A stretch of DNA of 63,742 nt, counting the filler, from Octopus bimaculoides (lineage: Eukaryota), in the NCBI RefSeq assembly GCF_001194135.2. It is 9 parts of 8 records of this genome, joined end to end, with 100 filler letters (N's around TTAATTAATTAA, not from the genome) between each part and the next. Parts side by side here need not be neighbours in the genome. Positions count along the whole stretch, not along the records: positions 23,281 to 33,866 come from NC_068985.1; positions 33,967 to 37,439 come from NC_068981.1; positions 37,540 to 43,028 come from NC_068984.1; 6 more parts are not named here. The stretch is one strand, 5' to 3'. Shown here piece by piece: positions 24,335 through 38,444 of this stretch. Both the position numbers and the translations under genes were made by a program. The notes beneath the pieces were generated by a model, which made no database searches, was not told where the DNA came from, and worked only from the letters and a program-made list of their open reading frames with translations. Within the stretch, counting starts at the first letter, position 1, and the number at the start of each line of letters is the position of its first letter.

Positions 24335-25905
24335 CTAGCTTATCCAGATTGTCACTTAAGCATTTATTCAAAAAAACAAATGCCCCAATTACGCTTGCGA
24401 ACAAACTCTTTTTTTCTGCTGACCTAAGTTTGACACCTGTTTTGGGTTAACGTGGGGTCACTGAGTTTAAAAATGGCAATAGTTTTTTTTCTCTATCACG
24501 TCAAGTGAAGTCTTTTTTCTTCTATGGGCTAGCTTATATTGGTCCCACCCGTAGCTCCAAGTTTCAGAAATGTTTCGATGTGTTTTCGTAAGGCACGTTA
24601 TCAGCAAGAGTCTTAGCATCAGATAGGCGTTCAGTGAGTGAGGTTGCGACGCCCTATCCGCCTAGTATATGTACTTGTGTAGAAGCGTGTTTCTTATTAA
24701 CTGCGTGCTCGAAAGCTCAGTCGTCTTAATTTGCGTTATTAATCTCTTCTTACTATCAACAAATGTACAAAAGATATAGTTAAACATTTCTCTTGAATAT
24801 TTATTTTATCTGTGTATCTAGACATCTATTTAGACAAACTTAGATATAAACATGTTCTCTATTATTTTCTCTTTCTTCACATTTATTTTAAGAAATAACA
24901 TAGGGGTTCAGTAGCACGGCATCATTGCTAAGGAAATGTTTGAATTCCCCTGACACTTTTTGTTATATATGTGGGTGTTTTACAGTACCAAGTCAAAGAA
25001 TAAACATTAGTGACTTTGTGAAAAGATCATGCTTGGCTTACTTTAAGATTAAAGTTGGTGATCAGGATAAATCGTGGACCCCGCACAATGTATGTAAATC
25101 CTGTGTCGAAAGCATCGCCAATGGACAAAGGGCACAAGGAAACGACTATCATTTGAATTCCTATGGTATGACACGAGCCAAAGAACCATGTAACCAACTG
25201 CTACTTTTTTCTCAAAAAAGCTTCTGGTTATAGCAAGAGAATGCGACAGAAAACAAGTTACTCAAATCTAGATTCAGTAATTCATCCAGTGCTTCACTCA
25301 GATGAAATACCAATATCCATTTTCAACGATCTACCTTCACTGCAAGATGAAAGTAATATATGTGAAGTAGATGTAAATTATGAACATGACAGTCATACAG
25401 ACTTTGTAGAAGCATCAACCAAAAGAGTTATCAGAAGTATTAGCTTCTAGGCTTAAAAGGAAGAATTTGTTGCAGAAAGAACCAAGCGTAACTTTTTATC
25501 GGGACAGAGAAAAAGACCTCTTGGCATTCTTTACAACTGGAAAAGATTTTGTGTACTGTTGTGACGTGACGGGTCAGTTAAACGCGATGGGTGTTGAACA
25601 GTATGATCCTAGTGAATAGAGGCCCTTTATAGATAGTTCACGGAAGAATCTAAAATTTGTATTACTCCAGAATGGAAATTTGTTTGGTGCACTTCCTATT
25701 GGTCAATTTGTGCACTTAAAAGAGAATTATGATCACATAAAAGTTGAATTAGATTCACTCAAGTGTGATGAACCCAAATGGGTCATATATGGGAATCTAA
25801 AAATAGTCAAATTGTACTTTGCCAACAAAGACGGTATACAAAATATTCGTATTCCTGTGTTTACACTCTTTGCACTCTTTGAAGTGCAAAGAGTGCAAAT
25901 GACTC
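24335..25905 (+). mobile_element. Sola3-like DNA transposon, 5' half (TIR plus transposase N-terminal half; pseudogenised)
   Basis: CLNSPDTFCYICG…KVGDQDKSWTPHNVCKSC…FIDSS…LLQNGN…LPIG…HLKENY…KWVIYGNLKIV…GYTKY: CxxC motifs and the DSS / GDLK catalytic-region motifs, with stops and frameshifts. The Sola3 label is from recalled family features and needs checking. Confidence 0.75.
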
Positions 25906-25942
25906 CAAAATTTGTATTAATATTTTCATATATAGTTAAGGT

Positions 25943-26152
25943 GGCGGCCTGGCAGAATCGCTAGCATGCCGGGCGAAATGTTTAGGGGCATTTCGTCCGT
26001 CTTTACGTTCTCAGTTTAAATTTCTCTCGAGGTCGACTTTGCCGTTCATCCTCTCGGGTTCGATAAAATAAGTACCGATTGAATACTTGAGTCGATCTAA
26101 TCGACGTACCCCTTCCCCAAAATTGCTGGATTGTGCCAAAATTTGAAATCAA
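25943..26152 (+). mobile_element. tRNA-derived SINE, family C
   Basis: GGCAGAATCGCTAGCATGCCGGGCGAAATG…GAGGTCGACTTTGCCGTTCATCCTCTCGGG…GTGCCAAAATTTGAAA. Other copies at ~30770-30965 (+) and ~48600-48785 (+). Confidence 0.85.
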
Positions 26153-26154
26153 TA

Positions 26155-26660
26155 TTTTTATTGGAAACAAGAACTTTCTATAGAAGGAAAGTGGGTGTAA
26201 AAGCGAAACCCGCTACCGAGTGTTCCTGCCTACTTGTACCTTTGGGCATGAATCTTGGATAATGCCCGTAAGAATACAGTCGCGAATACAAGCGGCCGAA
26301 ATGGGGATTTTTACGAAGGGTCTTCGGAGTAATTTTACTAGATAGATAGAGAGAGATCAGTGATGCGGTCCTGGTAGAGCCGCATCGGGATCAACTGGCG
26401 ATTGTTGGTTAAGAGAGGACTAGATGGAAAGAGTTGCTGTAGGATAATTTTTCCCACGATCTTCCCAGCAATAAATGAGTGAAAAAGATGAGATATGATG
26501 GTAAGTGGAGACTCGTTACAGGGCGAGTGAAGAGCAGGATAAACTATCAGAGGAAGAGCTACCGAGAGAAGCAAGTGCTTCAGCTTGTTAGTTATACTAT
26601 AAATAAACGAGGATATTTTGTTTAATTCGTATCAAAAGTGATATGTAAAATAATGAACAG
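26155..26660 (-). mobile_element. Solo-LTR-like sequence
   Basis: On the minus strand a TATA-like element precedes a pyrimidine-rich body and AATAAA near 26160. No coding remnant. Confidence 0.35.
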
Positions 26661-26861
26661 ACAGAAAAGTTAATTCTATATTGTATAAGTAATTCAAGAT
26701 TTAATAGGTTTGTAATTCATTTCTACCCTTTTACGTGTTTTATATTTGTTTGAAATCTGTATGTTTATAGAATAATAGAATAAGGATGTTGTAGACGTTG
26801 TAAACACTATCGTAAATGCCAAACACATTTGTTTCATATATGAGGTGGTTTGGATATATAT

Positions 26862-26900
<39 letters not shown>

Positions 26901-28179
26901 NNNNNNNNNNNNNNNNNNNNNNNNNNNNNNNNNNNNNNNNNNNNNNNNNNNNNNNNNNNNNNNNNNNNNNNNNNNNNNNNNNNNNNNNNNNNNNNNNNNN
27001 NNNNNNNNNNNNNNNNNNNNNNNNNNNNNNNNNNNNNNNNNNNNNNNNNNNNNNNNNNNNNNNNNNNNNNNNNNNNNNNNNNNNNNNNNNNNNNNNNNNN
27101 NNNNNNNNNNNNNNNNNNNNNNNNNNNNNNNNNNNNNNNNNNNNNNNNNNNNNNNNNNNNNNNNNNNNNNNNNNNNNNNNNNNNNNNNNNNNNNNNNNNN
27201 NNNNNNNNNNNNNNNNNNNNNNNNNNNNNNNNNNNNNNNNNNNNNNNNNNNNNNNNNNNNNNNNNNNNNNNNNNNNNNNNNNNNNNNNNNNNNNNNNNNN
27301 NNNNNNNNNNNNNNNNNNNNNNNNNNNNNNNNNNNNNNNNNNNNNNNNNNNNNNNNNNNNNNNNNNNNNNNNNNNNNNNNNNNNNNNNNNNNNNNNNNNN
27401 NNNNNNNNNNNNNNNNNNNNNNNNNNNNNNNNNNNNNNNNNNNNNNNNNNNNNNNNGTCAGACACTTGCCGAAGGTGCCATGCAGTGGGACTAACCCCAG
27501 AACCATGTAGTTTGGAAGCAAGCTTCTTAGCACAATATGTGTGTGTGTATGTATATGTATATAAGTATATATATGTTAAATGCATGAAAAAGAATGAATT
27601 TGGCAATGTGACTAAATTGGACCACGCTTTGGAAAAAGGAATTGCTGTTAATACTCTTACTAATACCGCATACATTTACTTAGTTGTTGTTTGTAGTATA
27701 CTTATTTGTTTCGTGCAACTTTGTGTTTACCAGTTTCTTTCTGTTTAGTTTTTCTTTTTAATTTCTGTTTCTTTTACATTTTAATTCGTCTTTATGTATC
27801 CCAAAACCTTTACAGCATCTTTTGAGAGCTCGTATGCAATGCAACCTTTAGTTAGTAATTCTTACTGCACAAGTCAGAATGCAAAAAAAAACAAAAAAAA
27901 CACAGCAAAATTTTTCAGGAGATATTACAACAGACGTTTTTATTTTATCCCAGATATTGGGATAAAATTTGCCAAAATTCCAAAGTCCCCTGTTTTCAAA
28001 TTCTAAATATTCAACCAAGAGTACTATTTCTACCAAGTGCAAGCATTAATAAGGAGGATATTGTTCTTTGGGATAGACATAAAAGGTATGTACCGTCGTA
28101 AAGGTCAACTGATCTGCTGATTTAAATATCTCTTCGAAAATCAAAGACAAACAGAATAAATACGGACGATTACTCCGAA

Positions 28180-29260
28180 ATTTCCAGCTTCTATATCCAG
28201 ATTATAAATTCACATTTAAATCAATAAAAACACTGGTCAACTCACTTTTTGCTGACTTCAGCTTCGTGGTGGTTTTTAGTTAACTTTGAGATGCTGATTT
28301 CAAATATGGCATCCATTTCTTCGATCACATCAAGTTTTCATTCCATAGTAGATCCATATTTTATGATATACTGTATAAATAATTTACTTGGTCAGGATAG
28401 TTTACTAAATCGTATAGCTTCAAGCCATAAGTTATAATGTCAATAGAATATAAAATGATCAGTGAATTATAAGGTAGCATCACATTTTACTAAATACATA
28501 TTGTTATTTCTCTAATATGATGGATAAAACACAAACTATCCTACATATACCTTCATATTCACGGAATAAATTTCCGCTTGCGAGAATGTCTGGAGTGCTT
28601 CATGCCAACACAGTCTCTTTGAATACTCCAATAGTAGTCTGCCATCATGTGTGTGTTCCATCGGCCTTCATATCTCTCCTCCATATTCTTGATAGCTTGG
28701 TGAAAACGCTCACAATGCTTATCGCTCACATCTCCGATATCAGCAGGAAATACATCGAGATGGCTAATGAAGCTTTATGCTCATGTTGCAGCCTTAAAAA
28801 AACGAAAGCTATGAAGTAATGTCTCCACCAAATCCTTGTAGTTAGCTGCCTTTTCACTGCCCCCAGATCCTTTCATAACAGCCACAAAAGAATCCCATGT
28901 TCATTTTTCTACGTCAGCCGTCGAGCTCGAGAAATTCTGACATTTTATTAACTTTCTGATTTGTGACCCATCAACAACACCAGCCGTTATTTTATCATAA
29001 ATTTGGCTAGAAAATGCTGAACATATGAATTTGAAACATTTATCCTCAAAATTAAGAGCATTGACAAATTGCTTCAGTAGTTCTAGCTTAATATGAAGGG
29101 CGGGAAGATGATTTTCTCTCGCTCAATTAGTAGTTGGTGTATGATATTCTTCTCCTCAACAGTCAAACTTTTCCTAACAGGCCAGAGTGTCTGTTCCCAA
29201 TGTTTGTCTCTCGCTCCGCTATTCCTCATTTGCACTCTTTTAAGTCATTTGCACTCTTTC
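28180..29260 (-). mobile_element. Sola3-like DNA transposon, 3' half (transposase C-terminal half plus TIR), inverted relative to the 5' half
   Basis: Minus strand NSGARDKHW…EREKIIFPPLHIKLELLKQFV…AGVVDGSQIRKLIK…GCNMSIKLH…VSDKHCERFHQAIKNMEERYEGRWNTHMMADYYWSIQRD. 28180-28350 resembles 24335-24540. Confidence 0.8.
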
Positions 29261-32200
29261 AAATAGTAAGTTTGAACAAGTTTAAGTAGAAATTTCTAAG
29301 GGCAGTGTATTGCCAGAAGCATTAAATCGTCAGTGAAAACTGCTTGCGCTAGTGGGTTACTTTTCTTTATCGACTGAGTTCAATTTCCCTCATGCTCAAA
29401 TTTGCTTTCATCCATCAGATAAAATAAGGTTCCAATCAAGTACCGCATGTACATATTATTGATTGTTCCAACGATGCCTATCATCATCATGATCATCATC
29501 ATCATCATCAGTAGCAGTGGTAATAGCGTCATCATGATGAATACTGTAGCAATAATATTGGAGCTATGAGTTCGCCTGTATTCCATTCATGACATTAACA
29601 TGTATTTAATCCCCTCCAAATCCTACGTTACGTGCAGTTGTACTTCTTGTACTGACGCTGACTGTTGTTTAGCCTGGATGTAACAAGAATAAGACATTGC
29701 AAGAAGAAGGTGTCGCTGTCTGAAATGATCACACTTTAAGAAAACATTTATTAGTGAACCAAAAAGCGAACCTTTGCATGATCGTTCAATATGTTAAAAA
29801 TAGCAATCTTATCTCAGACAAGATGTCATCCGATATCTTAAAATACGAAGAACACGTTCGATAATGTAGTGCTACATATGACTGGAAACAAAAGATGGGG
29901 TGATTATTGTAGTCTTTTGTATCAGGGCTGACCTAACCTGGTGCTAAAAATATACAGTAACTAACATAACAACAAAAATAATTGTCATTTAAGGAGGTTT
30001 ATGGCAGTGTGTACTACTTTTCCACTGGTGTATATCCAGCGCCAATGGATTGACCAACCTGATAGAAACAGTAGCTAACTGACCCTCAATATTAAGGCTG
30101 ATCTGAAGATAAACAATGATTAAAACTGGACCCTTGTGATTTAAATTGTATGGTCAATGAGACCAACAAAAAGCTGATGACGAAATACGGAATGCAGGGT
30201 TTTTCTATAAGTAGCGAACCAACGGATTTTTAAGCAGTTCGAACTCCGTCAGTTTCTAACAAGGAAGCAAAGAGCAAAACCTCTGTTAAAAATTGTTTAT
30301 TTTAATAGACTAGAAAAAACCCCAAGAAAAACTAAAACAAAACAAAAACTGAACAATAATTAAATAATCTGGTGGATTTTTTGCTGGTTCTCTTCGTCTC
30401 AATTCATAGAGTTTTGTTACAATGATATTTATGATTGTAACCATGTGATAGTGTTGTTTAGATAGAAAGCTAACAGCGATAGTGATGTGCAGTATAAATC
30501 TGTTTATAGGAAATTGCTAAAGATTTTTTTGCAGTAAATTACATAAATATATTTAGAGATTATTTACATTGGAAAACTTAAATTTATCTATTACTACTCC
30601 ATCGTATGTTTTTTATTTATTTATATATATATAAAACCAGAAATACACACATACGATCACAGCTACTTGTCAGTTAATGTCAATTTTTAAATAATCATTT
30701 TGATACCAGCGTCTCACGGAAAAAAAAACTCAGACAATTATAGGAACGTGTGTATGTGTTTATTGAGTGCTGGGTCAAAAGCGGCGTACTGGCAAAATCA
30801 TTAGCACGCCGGGCAAAATACTTTGCGACATTCCTTCGTCTTTGCGTTCTGATTGAAAATTTTGCCTAGATCAGTTTTGCTTTTCATTCTTTCGGAATCG
30901 AGCACTGGAGTGAATGTAATTGACTCGTCCCTTCCTCCACACAAAATTTTGGGCTTCTAGCATATAGTCGAAACGTTTGAGTGCTGGGCCAGGGAGAAAG
31001 ATTTGTGATATTAAGAGACACTTTATATGGTATCTGACTTCTAATACTTGTAATGTTGTCCATTGAAAAGAAGCTTGTATAACAATCATGAGTGGAAGTT
31101 TTAGCATGGCATTTGCATTATATCTATGTGTGTAGCATTTTATTAGTTTAATTATGAATCAACTAACTTATTGGTTTGATATTGATAAACATCCTTACTT
31201 TGTAGGAGGGTTAGGAAGGGCCCTACAATACTTTACATTGTAAGGGCACCGCGGAAGAATTTGTCTTCGGGAAAGGTTTTGAAGATAGAACAATGACTTC
31301 TGTCCTTCTTCAAGCTATATTCACAGAAAGTTTTAACTACGAACTACCACAAATGTCATGCAAATGTAAAACGACTGACATGATACGAAACCCTGATATC
31401 AGCTGTCGATTACGACACTGTCATTAAAGTATTCTTAAAGAAAGTTTGTGTCTGTAGACGTATAAACACGATAAATAAAATTAGATAAAATGAAACAAGA
31501 GTCATTCTTTGCTGTATAAACAAAGAGTAGGCAAATCTTCCCATGGATACGGCTTTTCCTATAAACAACTCGCTAAGTTATTAGAACCATTCAGAAAACC
31601 AAGCGTGAAGGCTAAAATACGTGTAAAGCATAAAGTATTGTCTTGGTGGTTTTTGTTTTGCTTTTGCCTTTGTACCATTTTGGAATTATCTCATTTATAG
31701 ACGATGCACAGGAAGTGAATGGAGTTAACCGTCAACTATTATCACAGGAAAATAATCATTTGTCTTTTCTATACGATTATATTTCTCTATCTAAGCTAAT
31801 TAGTTGTGGTAGAATAGAGTTGAAGAGAATAGCAAAATAGGATTAATTTTACAATTTGTAGTTCTTAGCTACTTCTAATCTTTTGTAAACTTATTATAAG
31901 CTCTGCTTCAAAGGGAAAGGGCGGTGGAAAGTAAAAGATAAGTCTTATGAAATTGTTTATAATGGGTCTACAGCAGCTTTATTCGGCAACCTAATATTGA
32001 ATTAATCAATCAACATTTGATAATTATTTATCCCAACAAGAGCAGTCAATCGGGAGAAACGATTAAATAATTCTATCTTTAAAGTTCACATCTCATCTTA
32101 ATCAACTTTCCTTTTCAACTCACCGCAGCTTGATTAAATAACTACTAGTAACATATAGGAGTGAATTTAATCGAGAATACCTCTTTTCTTATTGCAGTGT

Positions 32201-34099
32201 TAAAAGTCAAATTCCCTCTGAACCTAGTGTGGATTCCATAGCAGATTCAATACAAATGACACGATTTTTTAAACTTCAAACTGAAGACAGATGATTGGAG
32301 CATGGCTATGATTTCCTTTTTGTTACATCGACTTCATGAAGGTGTTTTGTCATAGACACGAGAAAGGTGCGTTGTGGATCGTTGCAATTGCCTAAAGTTG
32401 ACCCAACTCTAACAATTTCATTCTGGCTTCATGTGATCTCTCTTAAAGCAGAATGAGCTGTGCATTGAATTCGCTGTGTTTAAACGTCCTTTCACTTTTG
32501 ATTCTAATCAGTAGATGCAGGCCCTCCATGTGCTGGCAAATTCGATCATCTAAAAGTCAAACTTCAGAATTTCTTGAATATACAATTCGGTTTCTCATAA
32601 GAAAGCCAAGATGTTCCTTTAACCTCCTCCAAATCGAATATTACTGTTAATGACTTTAAAAATAATTGGAGGATAGCTTCATGTACTTTGCACTTACGGC
32701 ATCAAATGAGACCTCCGTTATAAACAATTCTCAATGAGAATTACTACAGATTGTGAAAATTTTGTACTCACTAACAGTATAACTTACTTATTCCAACTCT
32801 GTCCACTTTCGATGCGGTCAGTCCTCCTTATCAGGTGTGTGATGACAGTACGATGTTAGTAGCATTTTAGTTTTGGAGAGAGTACGATCAATACTTGCAT
32901 CTTATAGTGCTTTCTTTTGAAGTGTTAGTTCTATTGATTGGAATACATTACTAAGTGAGAAGCAATTACATCTCGGAGTTGCTGTTTGAGGAGTGTTACC
33001 ACAAAGATGAAGCAAGGAAACTAGACTGATCCGCTTAAGGGTTACAAACTTGTTTAGATTGAGTCAGTTTGAAGCTATGCAACATTGTGTACTGGAGAAA
33101 CTGCCGTGGTGTTTCACATGAAGAGGTCGAGTTTTTTTTTCTTTTTAGAGAAACGCTACAGAGAAGAGCAGACTGCTCAAAGTAGCCACCACAGAGCATC
33201 ATTTCTATCTGTGTTAGTAGCGCCTCTTTTAATCATTGCTGGAGCAGGTGGTAAATATAGAGCCATTCCCAAACACTCACGGATAACTTCTCTGCTCGGT
33301 AATGTCTTCCTTGATATAGAGCGATCAGGAAAAGAATACATGCCGCCTTCTTTGTAAAATTTGGCTATTTATCTCATCGAAAATATATCTTGTTAGTGAT
33401 AGCAAGTTGGTAGAAATGACAAAATGCAATACAAAATTTAGTTATATTCTATGAAATTCATAACACGAGTCACATGCTTGAGATCAGCTCTAATAATAAA
33501 GCAGATCTGTGATTGAAAACATTCCCGCTATCAATAAATGTTTTTATTCTGAAACGTTTTTGCATGAAGAAAAGAGGAAAGAACATTAAAGTATAAAATA
33601 CCAATTTATCGACAAAAACGCCCCAGAACTACCTCACTCATGAAACAAAGAAAAAGGAAAAAAGAAGGAGGGGAATTAAGCAACAAAATACGGTGGGATA
33701 ACAGGCTGTACGCCTCAAACCAAAGGGTATGTTTAGCCACTCCTCGCGGACATAATTGTAAAAGCGTGGCTGCAGAGAAAGGGCAGTGACACTCAAAAGT
33801 AGGTAGCTTATAGCATAAATTGTATGAGATCACTATCCAAGTACAAATGATACATTCGTTCATTTANNNNNNNNNNNNNNNNNNNNNNNNNNNNNNNNNN
33901 NNNNNNNNNNTTAATTAATTAANNNNNNNNNNNNNNNNNNNNNNNNNNNNNNNNNNNNNNNNNNNNTTGTTGCACCTTGTTTACCATTTTGTCCTCGTTC
34001 TTTTGCCACGTCATGTACCCAGTTATGTATCTATATGTACATGTAGATGAACGTATATACATACATGTACATATATATGCATATACTCATATATTGTTT

Positions 34100-34140
<41 letters not shown>

Positions 34141-35639
34141 TATTCACACCTATATCGTGTATAAATACACACATTGACACCTACATCTCATACAGATATA
34201 CATATATACACAAACACATATATATATATACGTACATACATACACACATACGAGTATTTCATTTTGCATATGTACATACATACATTCGCACCTCTAGCAT
34301 TCATACACACACACATACACCACTTATAAACACACACATGCGTGGACACACACTCACTTATACATATTCGCACCTTTGCCACTTATAAACTTATACATCA
34401 GACACACACACACTCGCAATTATACCACTTAAAAATACCGATACACATATTCACACATCTTTTTTTATTAAGCCTCCATCTCACATACATACACATACTC
34501 TTATATCACATTGACACACACACACACACACACATTCACATTTATGTCACACAGACACACAAAACATACGCGCGCGCACAACACGCACGTGCGCGCTTCC
34601 ATCGACCTCCCTCTACGTGCTCCTCTATATGTTTCATCATAAATAATAGAAAATCTGTTTGTTTGGTGACATTACTAGGTCAAGATATAAGCAGTTATTA
34701 TACTTTCATTTCACTTGTATATATAAAGAATCTAAAGTTCACGGTGTAGTGTGTGTAGATGCGTGAATTGGTTCTGTATGTGTATGTAAGCTTGCTAAAC
34801 ATGTGCACACGCACATACACATATCTCTCTGTATAAATATATTTCAGAAAGTTTTATTAGAGAAGTTTTGTGTTGAAGTGTGTTTATCCACATTTTTTTT
34901 TCTTGCATATACCTATCGCCAATTCTCCACTGCCACTACAGTGCTGATTCTTTATGTTTTCCTGTGATACTCATCTTTATACTCGTCATTGAAAGCTTTG
35001 TTTACAATGAGTTTTTTGTGTTTCAATTATCTCTCATTCTCTCAGTTCCTCTTTCTCTCTCACTCTCTCCCTGTCGATCCCTTTCCCTTTCTCTCCCTCT
35101 TTTTCTCCCTCTCTCCCACTGATATTACTGCTACTACTACTTGTACCACTTCAGTTTACCAGAAGACTTGGTTAAGGTGAAGCTGCTGCCAATACATCTA
35201 CTGGAAATTGATGTACTATCAAATTTTAATTAAGGAATCCGAGTTCAAATTACTGTCACGACTAAATATGGTCTTTCATGCCACGATTTTCTTTAAACGA
35301 CGTTGCCATAACTAATGTCCCGAGGAGAAAGGAGTTTGGGTGAAGCTCAAATTTTAATCTGAATGACAAAGATTCTCGCCAATCAAATCGATTTGCGGAA
35401 AAATAGAACACCTCAGCTTTGGGTAAAGTTTCATAATTACCTCACTGAAAGTTTCAAGCATAAAACTCAACACCTGAACCCGATATGGAAATAGGGTACC
35501 CATATGAAATAGCAAACCCATACGAAATCTATAACGCTGCTCTCATCGACAAAATCCGGGGTATATATGACCAACACCTTAAAAAATACGGCTTTCCTCA
35601 ATCAAACTACATTGAACCGAATATTGTAGCAACAAAAAT

Positions 35640-35745
<106 letters not shown>

Positions 35746-35859
35746 CAGTAGTGGTAGAGGGAATGCACTGTAACAGCGTGTCACTACCTCCACCATTTTT
35801 GTTGGTGATTCTCTACTCCTCCTGACGGATGAGGCCTTTGCACCACTCAAGCGGGGAAA

Positions 35860-36180
35860 CTACCCATAAGCGGGTTCGTGACTTTGACAAAGATCTTTGC
35901 AGATACAGACATGCTTTTAAGTATGGTCAAAGACTGTGGTTTCTGTCGAGAGGCCTGTGGGTGGGAAGTGAGTCGAGAAGTGAGTCAATGTTGTATGGGA
36001 GCTCAAGCTGTGATATTGACACACTGGCAATCCTTTGTTTTGAACAGGTTATACTACGGCTCACAGCTATGGTCTTCTAACAACTCAAATCGTACCTATG
36101 AACTCAACAGAGATTGCGGAACCAGCATCTCCGAAAGAAATAAGCGAAGTCAAGTATGTTACGTCACAATTCTTCGGAAC
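35860..36180 (+). mobile_element. CR1-like LINE post-RT fragment (degraded)
   Basis: …HWQSFVLNRLYYGSQLWSSN… matches the CR1 WKTFVLSRLDYCSQLWSP pattern. Confidence 0.6.
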
Positions 36181-36219
36181 ACCGACAAACTAACAGGAAT
36201 GATATGCCATGTGTGTGTA

Positions 36220-36275
<56 letters not shown>

Positions 36276-36955
36276 NNNNNNNNNNNNNNNNNNNNNNNNN
36301 NNNNNNNNNNNNNNNNNNNNNNNNNNNNNNNNNNNNNNNNNNNNNNNNNNNNNNNNNNNNNNNNNNNNNNNNNNNNNNNNNNNGAGAGTGTGTTAGAGAA
36401 AGAGAGAGAGGGAGGGAGAGTGTGTGTGTGGGAAAGAGAGAGAGAGAGAGAGAGGGTGGGAGAGTGTGTATGTGGGAAAGAGTGAGTGTGTATGAGAGAG
36501 AGAGAGGGGGAGAGTGTGTGTGTGAGAGAGAGTGTGTGTGTGAGAGAGAGAGGGAGAGTGTGTGTGTGAGAGAGAGTGTGTGTGTGTGTGAGTGTGTGTA
36601 AGAAAGAGTGTGTATGTATGTGTGTGTAAGAAAGAGAGTGTGTGTGTGTGTGTGTGCGTGCGTGCGCGTTCATCAAATAGAGACACTACGAAGTAAAGGT
36701 GCCATCGTATACGTTGAACAATAGAACAAACAGTGGACTTCTGGTCATACACAAACACAAGAAGACATAAAATATTCACCTCTGAAAGCAGTGCTCCAGC
36801 ATGACCATGGATCTCCTCATTGAAATGAACAAAAATGTAGAAAGATATTTTATAATCTCCATTATGAAATGAGTTGCAAAGTTTAGCTGATCGGAGCCGA
36901 AATAAAAGCGAAACATTCGACGAAGAATTGCATGGAAATGGAATGAAGGCATTTG

Positions 36956-37035
36956 TCAGAATGGATTGTAAGTTCTTTGAACTCCTGCTGCAAGAGGTAC
37001 CCCTCGTTGCCATATCTGTGCAAAGGAGTGTTGGT
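36956..37035 (-). CDS. Possible terminal coding exon of an unidentified gene
   Basis: Strong acceptor ggtttttctctccttctacag| at 37036. The phase-1 reading gives DQHSFAQIWQRGVPLAAGVQRTYNPF* followed by T-rich, UTR-like sequence. No homolog recognised. Confidence 0.3.
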
Positions 37036-37252
37036 CTGTAGAAGGAGAGAAAAACCACATCCGTCCTGTCCATATTTAAAGGAATAATCAAATGATGGCG
37101 TTGCTCTCCATTCAGTTGATGCATGTGTATATGTGTGTATGCACGAATGTATATGTGTATGTTTATCATGAGTGTATGCTTGTGTGTAAGTATATGTGTG
37201 TGTGTGTATGTCGCTATGTGCGTATGCATAAATGTGTGCATATATACACACG

Positions 37253-37284
<32 letters not shown>

Positions 37285-37331
37285 CACGTACATATATATG
37301 TAAACATATCTATAACACGTATATCTATGTT

Positions 37332-37397
<66 letters not shown>

Positions 37398-37550
37398 CAT
37401 ATATATATATACAAATATATATATGTTTATATATATATANNNNNNNNNNNNNNNNNNNNNNNNNNNNNNNNNNNNNNNNNNNNTTAATTAATTAANNNNN
37501 NNNNNNNNNNNNNNNNNNNNNNNNNNNNNNNNNNNNNNNTATATATATAT

Positions 37551-37591
<41 letters not shown>

Positions 37592-38330
37592 TATATCTAT
37601 CTATATATGTGTTTGTGTATGTGTATGTATATATGTGTGTGTATGTGTGTGTATGTGTGTGTATGAAACTTTATCTGGTACTTTTATCGTCATTTCGTTA
37701 CTTCGACACACCCACACGCGCGCACACACACTCATATCGATCTAGCTCTCAATATCTCAGTCCATTTAGCTTTGCATTCCTATGTTCAGTGCATGGGTTT
37801 CTTTGAGTATGCACATGTGCGCATAACAGCATGAGTAAACGCGTAAATGTATGACTGTTTTCGACTATTTACCAATCTATCAATTTAACAATCTAGAGTT
37901 TATCGAAAGTTGTCCAGTCTACCAACGTATTTCTCTCTCTCTCTCTCTCTGACACACACAGACACACACACACACACACGCGCGCGCGCGCACACACACA
38001 CACATACACACTATACACTCCTACTCTGTTTCCATTCTCAGTTACTCTGCGTGTCTATATCGACATACATATAGGTACGCGTGTGACTATGTATTTGTGT
38101 GCATATGTGTGTGTCTGTATGTGTGCGTGTGTGTGTATGTGTGTGTGTGTGTGCGTGTGTGTGTGCGTTACGTATGCCCTTATATGTACTAAAATAATCA
38201 AATTTATCCTTCTTACCTCTTGTTCTTGTTCTTTTCCTCCCTCTCTCATTCTCTATACCTATGTATGTATATATGTCTGTATGTATGTGTATATATATAT
38301 ATAATTATCTATTTATCTATCTATCTATCA

Positions 38331-38365
<35 letters not shown>

Positions 38366-38410
38366 AGTGTGCGTGTGCATGTGTTGTGTGTGTATGAATA
38401 TGTAAGTATG

Positions 38411-38444
<34 letters not shown>

